Origin: Parasitella parasitica NRRL 2501
Lineage: Eukaryota; Fungi; Mucoromycota
DNA: 64,000 nt
Assembly: GCA_025201805.1 (NCBI GenBank)
Contig: MU619264.1
Coordinates: forward strand, 62,001-126,000
Direction: 5' to 3'
In this document: positions 25,240 to 38,229 of the stretch, in pieces
Layout: each line of letters opens with the position of its first letter
Numbering within the stretch: position 1 is the first letter of the stretch
Made by a program: the position numbers and the translations under genes
The notes under the pieces: generated by a model
Seen by the model: the letters and a program-made list of their open reading frames with translations, nothing else
Told to the model about the DNA's origin: nothing
Database searches by the model: none

Positions 25240-25722
25240 GTAAGATCAAAGCCCATTGAAGAAAAAAGGAACGATCCGGCTACCATTGCCTCGAGAAAGA
25301 CTTTTGTAGAATCCCTGCAAGACCTACGGATATCCTACAAAACTAAATTGCATCTTTGTAGATGAATCAGGTTTGTAACGTAGATCCGATCCGTCAACAA
25401 GGATGGTCTCGCAAAGGGTGAAAATGCTGCGATAACCACCACCAAAGACGAAGAGAGCGCTGAAGGTTACTATCATCTCGGCTTATCTCGAACAAAGGGG
25501 TTCGAAGATGTTTCCGCTAAACTTGCGGAAGGAGGTACGACTTTAGCTCGATTTTTTGGGAACCATTTGATCACAAGACTCAATGATAGTAATGCTGCAC
25601 CGCATTATTTCATTAGGGAAAATGCTGGGATCCATACTTACCGTCAAGGCATAAAATACACACCTCTTGCCTCCATATTAACCTTTTTAGGACCCAATTG
25701 AAGAGAACTTCTGAAAGCTCAA
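25240..25722 (+). mobile_element. Tc1/mariner (IS630-like, DDE_3) transposase relic
   Basis: Across stops and frameshifts: EKRNDPATIASRKTFV, NCIFVDESG, GWSRKG, VTIISA, GGTT, FIRENAGIH (degraded MDNAxIH) and LLPPY*PF*DPIEENF*KL (degraded LPPYSPFLNPIE). Confidence 0.85.
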
Positions 25723-26077
25723 CTGGAGGTTGCAGTAGAGAAATCACCAGAGAAGATTGTGAAGGTTGGATAAGGCATGGCACCAGCTTTTTTTCTGATT
25801 ATTTTCTTGTCTCCAAGGAAATCTATTAGATAAAAAAAATCAATTTTTATTTACAATATATAGTAGGTATCACAGGTAGAATTGGAATTGCAATACAACT
25901 CAGTACTTGCTGTTGTTTGCACACAATTTCAATTGGCCACTTTGCAATAATAGGTTCAAAGAAAGATTTTTTTTTATTTAAAAAGAGATATTTACTAATT
26001 TTTGTAGACGAGATACTTATGTGCAATGTGCGTGTGATGAAAAGAGAGGATATGTTACGAGTGTCTTGCGCAGGAGA

Positions 26078-27295
26078 CTAAGCCTTGACATTGACAAAGC
26101 CAAATGTTGATTTCACATCGCGAACAACCTTGGAATTGTTTGCATAGGCGCCGTATTGACGGACTTGATCTTCAACGCCGTGTATCGACTTTTGAATCAA
26201 TGGCAATACGTATCCCTGAGTCATGTGCAGAATGTTTGTTGCCTTTTGGAAAGGGGCCAAGTCAGGTTTTAAAACTTCAGTGCGTACGATTTCGTATTCA
26301 TTGCTAGCAAATGTGACCAGAGGATCGACCACGACATGGAGCGAGCCAGGTAGACTATTAATCACCTGGCGATCCTTGACAAAAGCAGCAGCAGCATCCA
26401 GACGGTGAATCAAGTCGGCAGTTAGCTCATTGATGCGTTGATTTGCCATGGTTTGTGTAGTGTCTTTATAACCTTTAACAGAGAGAACAAATTCATGGAG
26501 ACGAGTATTGGCCTTTTGGATTGATTGAAATGCTTCTTGCAGTAGTCGATTTGTCTCGGCCAAACGGGAAATATCAGCTTTTGTGTGGGGGATGGATTGC
26601 CACTGAGTAGCAACACGATGGGTTAACCTATCCTTGACTTCATTGGCCAACGACAATAACTTCACCTCTTCATAGTTGCCATCGTGTGCACTTCTATCCT
26701 TTGTTTGCTGTTGTTGTTTTGGGTCATTAACGGCAGCGTCAGCAGCAGGGAGATACTTGTCTACCAATTGTTGGAGACCTTGAGTTGTGCGAGTGACAGG
26801 AATTAAAGCAGCATAAGTAATCTTACCCTTTACATCTTGGTATACTTTGTGGGGAGATTCCTTGACTGAGGTCAGGAATTCTTTGGGCGGTTGCGTAACA
26901 ACTGGAAATTTGGTCTCGACTAAATCAAGAGACTGACAAACCAGTTGATCGGCTTTCAAAAGATGGGGTTTGTACTTCTCGGCATAAGGCGACGCAATGG
27001 AAGCAGCCAACTTAATTGTAGATTCAGCCTTGTTTAAAGCGAAACGGCTAATTGAGCTTTGATTGGCATAGTACTGCACCATGGACGAGCCATCACGGAT
27101 GATAGGAATAGCTAGGACACGTTTGAAGAATGAGAACTCTAGAGGTTTCTTGTTTGCCTCCTCAGCTTCAATGATGGTGTTATCAGGGACTAGCACCTCA
27201 CTCTCTAGCACATCATTGGGATTAGATGTAAAGTTTGACCTGGGTTCTTCGGCCTTGTTATTTTCAAGATTACGACGACCGGTTTTCTTGGGCAT
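26078..27295 (-). CDS. Perilipin (PAT family) lipid-droplet protein, single exon
   Basis: FFKRVLAIPII...AESTI...KADQLVCQSLDLVETKFPVV resembles the PAT domain; helical C-terminus. Confidence 0.8.
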   Translation of the reverse strand: MPKKTGRRNLENNKAEEPRSNFTSNPNDVLESEVLVPDNTIIEAEEANKKPLEFSFFKRVLAIPIIRDGSSMVQYYANQSSISRFALNKAESTIKLAASIASPYAEKYKPHLLKADQLVCQSLDLVETKFPVVTQPPKEFLTSVKESPHKVYQDVKGKITYAALIPVTRTTQGLQQLVDKYLPAADAAVNDPKQQQQTKDRSAHDGNYEEVKLLSLANEVKDRLTHRVATQWQSIPHTKADISRLAETNRLLQEAFQSIQKANTRLHEFVLSVKGYKDTTQTMANQRINELTADLIHRLDAAAAFVKDRQVINSLPGSLHVVVDPLVTFASNEYEIVRTEVLKPDLAPFQKATNILHMTQGYVLPLIQKSIHGVEDQVRQYGAYANNSKVVRDVKSTFGFVNVKA

Positions 27296-27559
27296 GTTTT
27301 TGTTTGATAGAGAATTGAGAGGAAAAGAGAAAAAGAGAGAGATAAGGATCTTAGCTGCCTATTTATTCACTTTTTTTTTTTTTATTAGATTCAATACTAC
27401 ACCACCACCATCACCTACATTACGCTTTGGACTCCGCGGCAATAGGTCATTGACATGTGAAAGTCTTGAGATGTTGACATTGTAAAGTATAGAAATCTCT
27501 TGTTTACTATTATAAAAAGCTGGCATAGTCTCTATTGGATACTAGATTTTTGCTCATAA

Positions 27560-28100
27560 TGACGACAGACCCCTAATTCCAAGAAAAACAGTAGAGCAAA
27601 CATCATCAATATATAGCTAACAACTCTGGGCAACATAGCTTGAAAAATGTAGCATGACAAACCTCGGAAGTCAAATCTAAGGTTCTTTTTGAATGTTCCA
27701 ATCACCCTAAAATATGCCACAATACTATCAACATGACGCTATTACAGCGGGAATTTGGCAATCGGCAGTGTTTAAAATGCAAACCAGAGCCTATCAATGA
27801 CTGTTGCTTATCAATAGTAGATGAGCAGACGTTGAAATGGTCTTTTAGAATGTTAAAACACAACGTGGCCTCGATAGGTTTGCACAGTAGCATTAAACAG
27901 GTTTGAATGGTGTAATGCAGCCGCTCCGACGGCTTTCCACAGTATCTTGAACATTTCAAGGTTGTTATCTGTCCCCATAGAAATTTTTCCACATAAGGTC
28001 ATCTGTTCACTCTTACATTCCTTGGCTCGCTCCAGCTCGGATGCTACTAAAGTGCCTTCTCAACTGCTTGCCACTTAAATGAATGTGGATAGTTAGAAAA
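27560..28100 (-). mobile_element. Possible degenerate LINE (non-LTR) ORF2 C-terminal relic
   Basis: Scattered frames give SGKQLRRHF, MWKNFY, KILWKA, CSRYCGKPSERLHYTIQTC and LIVLWHI, in the order expected for the C-terminus of an L1-like ORF2. Heavily decayed. Confidence 0.3.
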
Positions 28101-28579
28101 ATGGGAAATCCTCTTTCTTATAACATCTAAAAACTAGATACGTATTACAATGCGTCCATACATTTGACCGCATTTAGATGTAGTATAAATAATTGCCGTC
28201 TCAAATACCTCAATAATATCGCAATAAAATGTATAATTTACACAGCTAGATGCTTGATAGAAATCCATTTTGCACACTAAAACTTGCTACGTTATGAATA
28301 ACACTTTAAGATGCATTTACAAGAGTGCATATTACGCAATTACTAAATGTACTTGATTCTTCACGTCTTTAATAGAATTTACGCTCTTTCTAATCAACTA
28401 TAATGTTTATAGCCACCGCAAATGATGTCTGACATGTTTCAGTTACTATGTATTGCGCTTTCACCAAAAAAAAATATTGAATCTATATTAAAAATTAATA
28501 AATCGGACAAATAAGTCGGGAGAAATACATTTTACATATTATTTATCCAAAATAAGAGATTTCAAGTCGAAAAGTGCAC

Positions 28580-28646
28580 ATAACTTTAGATAGACACTTC
28601 GCCCAAGGAAAATCCAGCAATGCTCAAATAGCCCTGATCACGTCTG
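28580..28646. repeat. Dispersed repeat, copy 2
   Basis: Ungapped 53/67 identity to 7914-7980. Confidence 0.75.
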
Positions 28647-29250
28647 ATTTAACCAGGCTTGACAAATGTGTTATTTTGCTATGTATCAAAACTCATATAT
28701 GTGTATATGTAATTCTTACATGAAAATTTAATTGTTTTTTGCTGACAATAGCTTTATATATAGATATCATCGATTTAAGTATTTTATTAGGAAGCGCTGG
28801 ATGTACGGTTCCTTTTAAGAGCAGATGTTTGTTAATTATAAAAATAAAAACTACTCTTGTAGATAATTGTTGATAAACACATTGCCTTCAGTCATTGATT
28901 ACTCTTGTGTGGTATTTGTTCGAAATATGTACTACTGTTTTAGATGCACGAGTCGATAGTGCACAAACCTACTTGTACTTGCAATACCGGTATCTGCTAC
29001 TTATGGCATTCACAGATGTACATTAAACACATTGCCGTAACGGATTTGGCAAAATATGATGACAGTGTAGGATATTATGTTAACCGTGCATGCAAAACAA
29101 TATTTATATGATATAGTAAAGTTTATTCAGGTCATCTAATGAAAAAAAAAGAGTTGTTGAACAAAAAAAAAAAAAAAAAGGGGATAATATGTAATTGCAT
29201 GATACATGTAGAGAACAAAAAAAAATGATAAATGTAATAAGAGATATGAT

Positions 29251-30469
29251 CTAAGCAGAGAAGAGCTTCTTCTCGAAAGAGTGGAGGCCATGAACACCGC
29301 CTTCCATTTGAGCAGCAGCAGTTCTCTTTTCAAAGCGAACTTCACCACTGTAGACAGCGTCCTTCATGGAGACAACGCTGCTGTAGCCAATATCTTGGAG
29401 AGAGTGTTGGACACCAGTGACAAGGTATTGAATGAACTTGCGAACAGAACCTTTATCGACAACATTACCCACAACACCTTGGGCAACCTTGACGGCATCG
29501 CCCTCAGAGAAATAACGTTTGGTAGCAGCGTTACCTTCCTTACCGCCAGACTTGTTATTCATGGCATCAATGGAGCCCATGCCACGATAACGCTTGAGAC
29601 GCTGACCTTCATGATAAAAGTATTCACCGGGAGTTTCCGTGGTACCAGCAAGCAGACCACCCATCATAACAGCACTTGCGCCTAAAGCTAAAGCTTTAAC
29701 AATATGACCAACATTACCAATGCCACCATCAGCAATAGTAGGGACACCGAAACGGCGACAGAATTCAGATACACGATAGACAGCAGTAGCTTGAGGGCGA
29801 CCACAAGCCATGACTTCCTGAGTAATACAAATGGATCCAGAACCCATACCGATACGGATACCGTCAGCACCAGCTTCAATCAAGTTGGCAGCCTGCTCAC
29901 GAGTAACAACGTTACCGGCAATAATCTCCAAATCGGGGAACTTTTCCTTGATCCAACGGATCATTTCGAGTTGATAGATAGAGTTACCTTGAGAGGAATC
30001 AAGCACAACAACATCAAGACCAGCCTCAAAGAGAAGAGTAAGACGATCCTTGTCATCAGGGCGGGTGCCAACAGCAGCACCAACCAAAAGTTGCTTGGAT
30101 TCAGGGCCCTTCGAGGCATTAGGGTAGCTTTGGTTCTTGAGAAGATCAGAGCGAGACAAAAGCGCAACAAGAGAACCCTTGGAATCAACAATGGGAAGCT
30201 TACCCTTCTTGGATGAACACAAAATGTCGTTGGCTTCACGCAAGGTAATGCCTTCTTGGCCCACAACAAGCTCTTTGGTCATGATCTCCTTGAGAGGTGT
30301 ATCGTTCTGAGAGTGGAATTGGATATCACGAGCAGTTACAATGCCAACCAACTTGCTATGCAACTTTCCATTCTCTAACGAGATCAAGGAGAGAGCGTGA
30401 GTAAATCCGCTCGATTTCTTCCCACACAGGTACGCAGGTGCGCAGGTACGAAGGTACGAAGTACGCAAT

Positions 30470-30507
<38 letters not shown>

Positions 30508-31075
30508 ACACACACACTAAAACCACAACAACTTACCGGTGATAGGAACGCCACAGAAACCAGAGGTAGCCTTGATCTCCTTGACATCAGCAACGGTATT
30601 CTCGGGAGACAAAACGACAGGATCGTTAATGAATCCATTTTCAAACTTTTTGACAGAACGAACCATGTTGGCTTGTTCTTCAGCAGTGCAGTTGTTATGG
30701 ATAATACCAATGCCACCCAAAAGCTTTTTTTTTTTTTTTTTTTTGCAAGAAACGGAAAGCTTTAGAAATCCTCGCCCAAACTTACATTATGTATAGTATA
30801 CTTACTGCCATGGAGATGGCCATCTCAGCCTCAGTTACAGTGTCCATAGGAGACGACAAGAAAGGGGTCTTGAGGGTAATCTTTTTTGTAATCTTGGATT
30901 CCAATGAAGTCTTCTCGGCGGCAAAGTTGATGAAGCCAGGCAGGACCAAAAAGTCATTATAAGTCAAACCACCGCTCAATTGCTCATCCATGAGAGCATC
31001 AATAGCAAGACCATCACGACGACCGTATGTCTCCAATACTTTATTGGCAGTAGTAGCATCAAGGTAAGAAGTCAT
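29251..31075 (-). CDS. IMPDH: Inosine-5'-monophosphate dehydrogenase, 3 exons
   Basis: [20 protein letters not shown] pair, [19 protein letters not shown] (catalytic Cys), YRGMGS, VAQGV. Confidence 0.98.
30427..30517. repeat. 8-bp tandem repeat (CAGGTACG-like x5) followed by a (CA)n microsatellite in IMPDH intron 2
   Basis: caggtacg caggtgcg caggtacg aaggtacg aagtacg, then a CA run. Confidence 0.9.
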
Positions 31076-32195
31076 TTTTTGAATGTTCAAAATGAAGTGT
31101 TTTTATTTTAATAAAAATTTGTGAGGGGATAATAATCCCCCTCTTTTAAAAAAACTGATTTGGTCTCTTATTTATACTTGTTTGGCAGTGGCTTGTTATG
31201 CCATCAAGTCGAAAATTTCTCCATTATCTGTCTACTTTGATGTGACTAAAAATCATCGAATGACTCCATTACTAATCTCTTGGAAGATCTCGTTTTCTCT
31301 TTTTTTTCTTTCTAAAATAAACACAAAACGATCTTAGGTTGAATCAATCTGCTGCTTCTGCGCTATTTTCTCATTATACAAGCTATGAAAATAATAGAAT
31401 ATCCTTGTTTTTTTTCACCTTCTTCTTTCTTTTCCTTGATGCTATATTTTTAAAATTGGTTGTAATCTTCTTGATCTCTTCATCTATCGAATTAAATAAC
31501 ATGTATATTTATATATACAGAGTTTTCTAGTTTATTACTCTTCTTTTTCGAAAATAAAAGGGAAGAGAGAGAGAGAAAAAAAGATGATTAATCCTACATG
31601 CCAAGTTGAATAAATACAAGTTTTCAAGGGGTCTCGAGAAAGAAAGAGAAAGGGGTTTGCTAGTTGCTTACGAAGGAGAAACATGGATATTGTAGATGTT
31701 TATATAGTTTGTATAAGAGCAAAGAGAACTATTGATAATGATATTAACATTTGCAGTTGATCAATGTGATAATTTGCAAAACCTTGGAGAAATAAAAAGA
31801 GAAAATGATATGAAAATGATGATAATTTGGTACAGGTACTTCTGAATATGCATATGATAAGAAAACTGTTAGCACACTGGGGATTTTATTCTATCTGATT
31901 CATCCCTCATTTTCTCTCACTCTTTGTTTTTACCCACTACCCACTCTCTCCCGTTCAGCGTCAACGTGCTTTTACTGCGATGTTGCTTCGATTTTTTTTG
32001 TCCTCCTCCTTTACCAACAACTTGTATTAGGTAGATTCTCCTTGCTCTCGCTAATTTTATATGTATATATTGCCTTGCTCTTTTATTGATTCTTTCTTCT
32101 TTTCTTTTCATATTTGCATTTTGCCTTCTTTTTTTTTTTTCTTTTTTTTTTCTCTTCATCTTGATCATTTTATACATTTAAAATTATAATAAAAT

Positions 32196-33755
32196 ATGAT
32201 GCAAAAATCAAAATCAGAGCCAAGTAGAAATCGGCTTTCAAGTCCTTTCATGCTTTTGAATGAGTCAAAGAGAAGACAATCAACAGGCGTTGTGATAAAA
32301 AGAGCGGCATCCAGTCTCAGTCAGGCAACGAAGTTTACATCGCAATCATTAAGCAAAGTAGGAAAAATACATGGTAGAATGATTCAGTGGATCTTAAACT
32401 AAATGCTTCGCTGTATTATAGAATGTCTGGAGATCGCCTGGATGCTACGAAATCCCAAATATCCTGGGTCATGCATATTTGAAACCAGATCCACCTGTTG
32501 CCTTGGATCTGCGTCCTCTCAATCTTTCAAAGCAAATATCCAAGGTACATGCCTATTATTCTTACATAGGCAAAAGAAAGCATCAAACTAACAGCATAAC
32601 GCATACACTCTAGAAACCATGGTACCCTCCTAATCCGTATTACGAAGTACCCCCCTTGCCACCCTTGAGTCGGTCAGGAAACAAATTGGAAGCAAAGATT
32701 CGCAAGATGCTTCCAAAAATATCCATTCGTTCTTCAGATCCTCGGACCCGATATGCACAGTTCAAAGAAATAGGCACAGGGTAAGTGATATACACTACAT
32801 GGACAAAAATAAACAAAAGCTTACTTATTTCTTTATTATATAAAAAAAAAGTGTCAATGGTGCAGTGATACGTGCCAACTACCGCAAGAAACAAGGTCAG
32901 CAATGCGCTATCAAACGATGCAAACTTGACCCTGACCTGGAATACCGTGCTGCTATTTTGAGAGAGCTTCGCATTATGGCCACTGGCCATGCCAATTTGA
33001 TCAAATTGAGAGAGATCTCTCTCTGGAAAGACGACATTTGGATCAGCATGGATTTAATGCGCTGTTCTGTATTTGCCGTTCTTTGCCAGCGCGGTATTCC
33101 CGAAGCACATACAATCTTTATCGCCAAGGAAACACTCAAAGGTTTAATCTATCTACATTCAAAGGGATATCTCCATAGAGATATCAAGTGTGAGAATCTG
33201 TTGCTTGGATGGCACGGTGAAGTCAAGCTGGCTGATTTCGGCCTGTCAGCAAAGACAAACTATAGGCACCGTGATCGTCTTGGTACAAGCAAATGGTAAA
33301 GTGTGAACATCCTCCCCCTCAACTCCTTGATTTTCTTCCTCCTTGCCCTCAACATGTATTCTAATTTTTCTCCTTTTTTTTTATATATATATTTATACAA
33401 CAGGATGGCGCCTGAAGTCATTCGAGAAGACTATTACACTGAAAAGATAGATATGTGGTCATTGGGTATAGCCGTCATTGAAATGATGGATCGTGTGCCT
33501 CCTCATTACTTGATCAAGGATGAAACAGAATTATTTAGTGTCATTACTTCTGAACCAAGTCCTACATTCACCTACAGTTATCCTAGCATGTACATGCGTG
33601 GGCTTGTAGCTTGGCTTTTAGACGAAGATCCAAAGACTAGACCTAATGCAAAAGATGTCTTGCTGGAGATTGATACACACATCCAAAGACACTTACTTCC
33701 TTGTTCATCGCCCATCGAATTGGCTCATTTCTTGAACCAAGTCTTGAAAGCTTAA
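32196..33755 (+). CDS. STE20/PAK-related Ser/Thr kinase without CRIB domain, 5 exons
   Basis: DPRTRY..FKEIGTG|VNGAV, CAIK, HRDIKCEN, VKLADFG, GTSKW|MAPE, EKIDMWSLGI. Confidence 0.9.
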
Positions 33756-35924
33756 TAATCTATATATCATCTATATGTACGCGCGCGCTGCCATCATCTG
33801 TTTAAAGTTCTCATTTTTTGTTTATTACATCTATATACTTAATCCGCAATCATCAATAAAGAAATCATTATAGAATAACCTGGTGATGGCCGCTTGCTCT
33901 CCTCATGCAGGCCGTGTCCTGAATGTGTGTGTGTGTGTGTGTGTGTGCGATGTTGCCACTTTTTCACATCAACATTCGTACATGAATGGATGCATGATTA
34001 AGGCACATTATATGTTAGTAGCTCTTGTTCTTTGTTGTGTATGTATACGCTCCTTGCTTTTTTGCCTTGTTTCATTGACGCTTTTTATATCCTACCGATT
34101 CATTTTGCTGCAAATCCCCTTCATTTTTGCCCTCGTCGCCACTGGCCAATAGAGTTCTTATCCACATGATCATAGCCAGGGAATTCCCGCCATTTGTATG
34201 TATATTATAATCATACAAGCATAGCCTGTATCAATGCTGGATGTCATGTATATATCACCAACATATACTCTTTGCTTTAAACGCAGCATTTGCTCAGATA
34301 AAAAAAAATAGTTTTATTTCATATATATTATGAACAAAAAAAAAACAGACCTCTTGCCTTGCTTAGGAAGAGATTGCAGCATTTCTTTGTTGTATGTTTA
34401 TGCTCAAATGACACCCCCATTGCATGCAATACGATATTGATGTACTAAACTTGTTTTCCTATTTTCCTGGTCCAGAGAGGTTAAACTAGGGCTGCTGCAG
34501 CGAGGCGGGGTTTCAATCGCGTTTCTTTGTTCAGATCATTGCAGCTTTTAACATCGGATTTATACTACACTTTTAATAAAACCCTAAAAATAAAAAATTA
34601 TGTAGGCATAGATCAGATGCTTATTATTTATGCCGTCAAAAGTTTTTTTAAAAAGCTTGCTTTGTCAAGTAGATATAAAACCTTAAAGATCTGAGTTTTG
34701 ATTTTTGCAGCCTTTTGGTTGAGAGCATCCGAAGCATAATATCAAATGAAGCAAGCGAGATAAAGTCCTATTTACATGGCAAAAGTTGCATGTATTATAG
34801 CGCTCTACAATATCCTTGCGATACTTTTATTTTTATTTTTTTTCTATTTCTTTAGTAGCACTCAATGCATGAATAAAGTATAAAAATGCCCTGTTTTTTT
34901 CAAGCATTTTGTACGTTCAACAAAGAGCTATTCATTTCATTTTATTTTGTTTAAATTCACGTATTTTTGATCGAGATAATCAAGATCATGCAAATCGTTG
35001 ATTTTTAAGCTCTTTTGGATGGGTGTTACCTCATGGTCGAATCTCCGAATTCTCCAAAAAAAGGATAAAAACTTGATTTTCTCGGCGTATAGTATAGTTA
35101 CAACTGTGCAAATACGCTCTGACAAAAGCTAGTAGCCGTAGCTATGTTCAAGGTTTTTTAATAATTTAAATTTATTTAAAAACTAAAGATTTTTCTTCAA
35201 AAAACCGCTATTTTTGTTTGAAGAGATTAAGCAATTTTTTACTAGAACTGTTTTCTTGAAAACTACACCATTATGTATAAAATTGTACCTAATTTATAAA
35301 ATACTTAACATGCAAATCAAATTTACTTAATACTATTTTGAGTAATTCAGCAACAAAGGTTTCCATCTAAATTTCACAAATAAAAACATAAGGCGGACTT
35401 CAAATTTGAGCGTCGTCAAATACCTTCATTTAAGCTGGCAATAGCACTGTAGATGCCATTTAATTCATGTAGACGAATATCCAAGTGTATAATTAATATT
35501 AGTAGAAATACTTCGCAAAAATTTTATTTTTTTTATCAAAAAAAAATTTGTTTTCATTGATAAAGCGCACTAGTAGCATATTGTTGGGCAGATATTCCCG
35601 GAGCGGCGACCAAGATGATGTCAATCCAAGCTGTTACGATTTTGCAGTTGCTCAATGCATTCAATCATGCTATCTACTCTATGTCCTATTAAAAGTATAA
35701 GCCAAGGACTATACTCAGCAGAGAGACATGCTGCACGGCTTAATTTTATCGATTAAGTCGTATATATACACCTTGCGCTCGCAACTTTTGACATCTGCAG
35801 GCTGTTCCGAGCGCTTGGTTAAAAAAAACCATTAAAAAGCTTCCTTCTAAAAATATCCTATTTATAGGAAACTCCCAAACCTTTTCGACTTTTTTTCTTT
35901 TTCTTTACTTGGTACATTCAAATT

Positions 35925-38086
35925 ATGAGCTGGTAGGTTTACATGATATTCGAGTAGCCTTGCTAAAAATGTGGGCTTCATTACAACAGGAGAGGTGTCA
36001 AAAAGTCAATTTCTCGACTTCCGCATCAATTCAAGACCAGAAACGGTGGTGAAGGTATTTGTATACGCTGCACTAGTAGGTACACTAGAACAGAAGCTGA
36101 CATTTGCAACTGTGTAGATGTTACTCGTGACATAGATTTCCTTGAGCTAGAGAAGAAATACAAACAAGTTGTTGCGTTTGTCGAAGAATTTCGTTTGGAA
36201 ACAATGGCTTATCGTAATAATTTAGCTGGTAAGATGGATAATTTAACTGGGAGAGGGGGGGGGGCGAATAAACCATCTTATTAATTCAAAACGTTCGACA
36301 TTCTAGGCATGCTCAACAACCAATTTCATTGCGCACATTATTTAGCCGAGGTTTGTGGGCTTGTAGTGGAGACTGATGACCCATTGGTCGTTGAACACTC
36401 GACAGTTGAGCGAGAAGAAACAGAGGACATTCCTCTTGCGATGAAGCAAGCTTTGGAGGACTATACAACTGCAATGGCTTACTGTAGAGAAGAATCATTA
36501 GCCATTCTAGACGACTTTGATTCATTTGTAGTTAGGCCAGCTGATCGATTCCATCTGATTACACGGTCAATTGATAAAACCATCACCAAACGAGAACATA
36601 AGCTGATCGATTTCGACCGACATCGTATCGCCTACACGAAATATTCGGGCATTGCAGAGCCCAGCCCTAGTGAAGAAAAAAACATGTTTAAGCTGCAGAC
36701 TCAATTCGATAATGCAGCAGCAGATTACGATTATTTCAATAATATACTCAAGGACGAGTTGGCCCAGTTCTTGGACTTGGCTCAGGCTTTCATTGAACCC
36801 GTTTTCCAAAAGTTTTACGGCATTCAGCACAGGATGGCAAGCGGCTTCTACAGCAGACTGTATGAAGTAATTCAGCACAATACTGCAGCTTTTCCTACCT
36901 TGAATTTGCCAATAGAAAATGGCTTCAAGGCGAGATTGGACGAGTTTAATGCTAGAGAGGAGTTAGATAAATTTGAGTTGTTCCAAGAGGGCGTTAAACC
37001 ATGGCAGCAAGGTAACGCCTTCTCCAGGTACGCCAATGCATCTCAACAGCGGCAATGTCAACAAAGAGAAAGTTATTATTCTGAAGACGAAGACGATGCC
37101 TATTCGAATACAAGGCGAGGGCACTTAAGGAGTGAAGCCTTGCCCAATCATAGTAGCAATCCATCTGTTGGTGGTGGTGGAAGAGGCCTTTCTACGAGTT
37201 ACTCGCATACTGAACATCATATCAACGAAAAGTTGCCTGCATATTGTGAATCAAGATCATCTATAGCAGAAAGGCCTACATTTACGGCCAGAAAGTCTTC
37301 AGTTCTGTCTTATTCGACTGATAGAAAGCCATCTTTTTCAACAGGATCTCCTATATCTGAAAAACCGCTTATTTCTGAGAAAACTTTGATGAATAATGGC
37401 AGGCAGCTACCTCGTTCGTCATTAGCTACAAGTGATAGATCGCCATTGACTTCACATATAAGTACAACACCACCCATCTCTAGTGTGCAACACTCAAACT
37501 ACAACGACGCCAGCAATTATGATGGGAAAGCTAGAAGTATGCATTTGAATATGACAGAGGAGCTGAGTAGAGCCTTTTCAAGTGCATCTTCATCATCATC
37601 AGCTGTATCGTCGTATCACTCAGCAGTGACAACGCCTACATTTACATCGAGTACACCCAGCAGAACACTTTCTACAAATGAAGAAGGGTATGACCGGCGT
37701 AGCACGGTTTCTACAATCAGTTCACCCTTTTTAGATGGCAAACAAAAGGATACCGTTGTCAAAAAGAAGCGTGCGCCACCACCTCCTCCACCTAGCAAGA
37801 AACAAGTCAAAAAGGAGCTTGTCGAAGCACTCTATGAGTTGAATGCTCCACAAGATGGTGATCTCTCATTCTGCGTGGGTGATCTGATTGAAGTTCTTGA
37901 AAAATCAGATAAAACGCACGATTGGTGGAAGGGTCGTCTAGGCGATCAAACTGGCATGTTTCCTGGTAAGTTTTTGTTGCTATTGTTGTAGATCTCAAAT
38001 AGCACAGTGACTAATAACCACGTTTTTTAATTTCACTTTACATCGTAATATCATTTGGGACAGCCAACTATGTGAGACAATTTTAA
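35925..38086 (+). CDS. RVS167: Rvs167/Hob1-like N-BAR-SH3 amphiphysin, 5 exons
   Basis: MSW|RGVKKSISRLPHQF start (8-nt first coding exon), KREHKLIDFDR BAR segment, SH3 ALYEL..GDLSF..WWKG..GMFP|ANYV. Confidence 0.88.
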
Positions 38087-38229
38087 AGTTTTGCTTTGGT
38101 CTTTTGAATAAATAGTCGCCTGTCAGATCCATTAATCCTATATAAAAATTCAAGGACGCACTCTTGCATTTCGGCATCATCCGCCCCATCAATATCACTT
38201 ACTTTAGGATAATTCTCACATAGCTCAAA

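Noticed and set aside
29251-31075. IMPDH as a mycophenolate self-resistance gene marking a biosynthetic cluster
   Set aside because: No PKS, NRPS or tailoring genes nearby, and the sequence looks like a standard housekeeping copy (GAAVGT, YRGMGS).
34175-34189. 15-mer GCCAGGGAATTCCCG also present in reverse complement at 55414-55428
   Set aside because: A few 15-bp matches are expected by chance in 64 kb, the core is a self-palindrome, and the flanks do not align.
34480-35500. AT-rich intergenic block beginning TAGGGCTG, resembling a hAT/MITE end
   Set aside because: No matching inverted terminus or target duplication found by eye.
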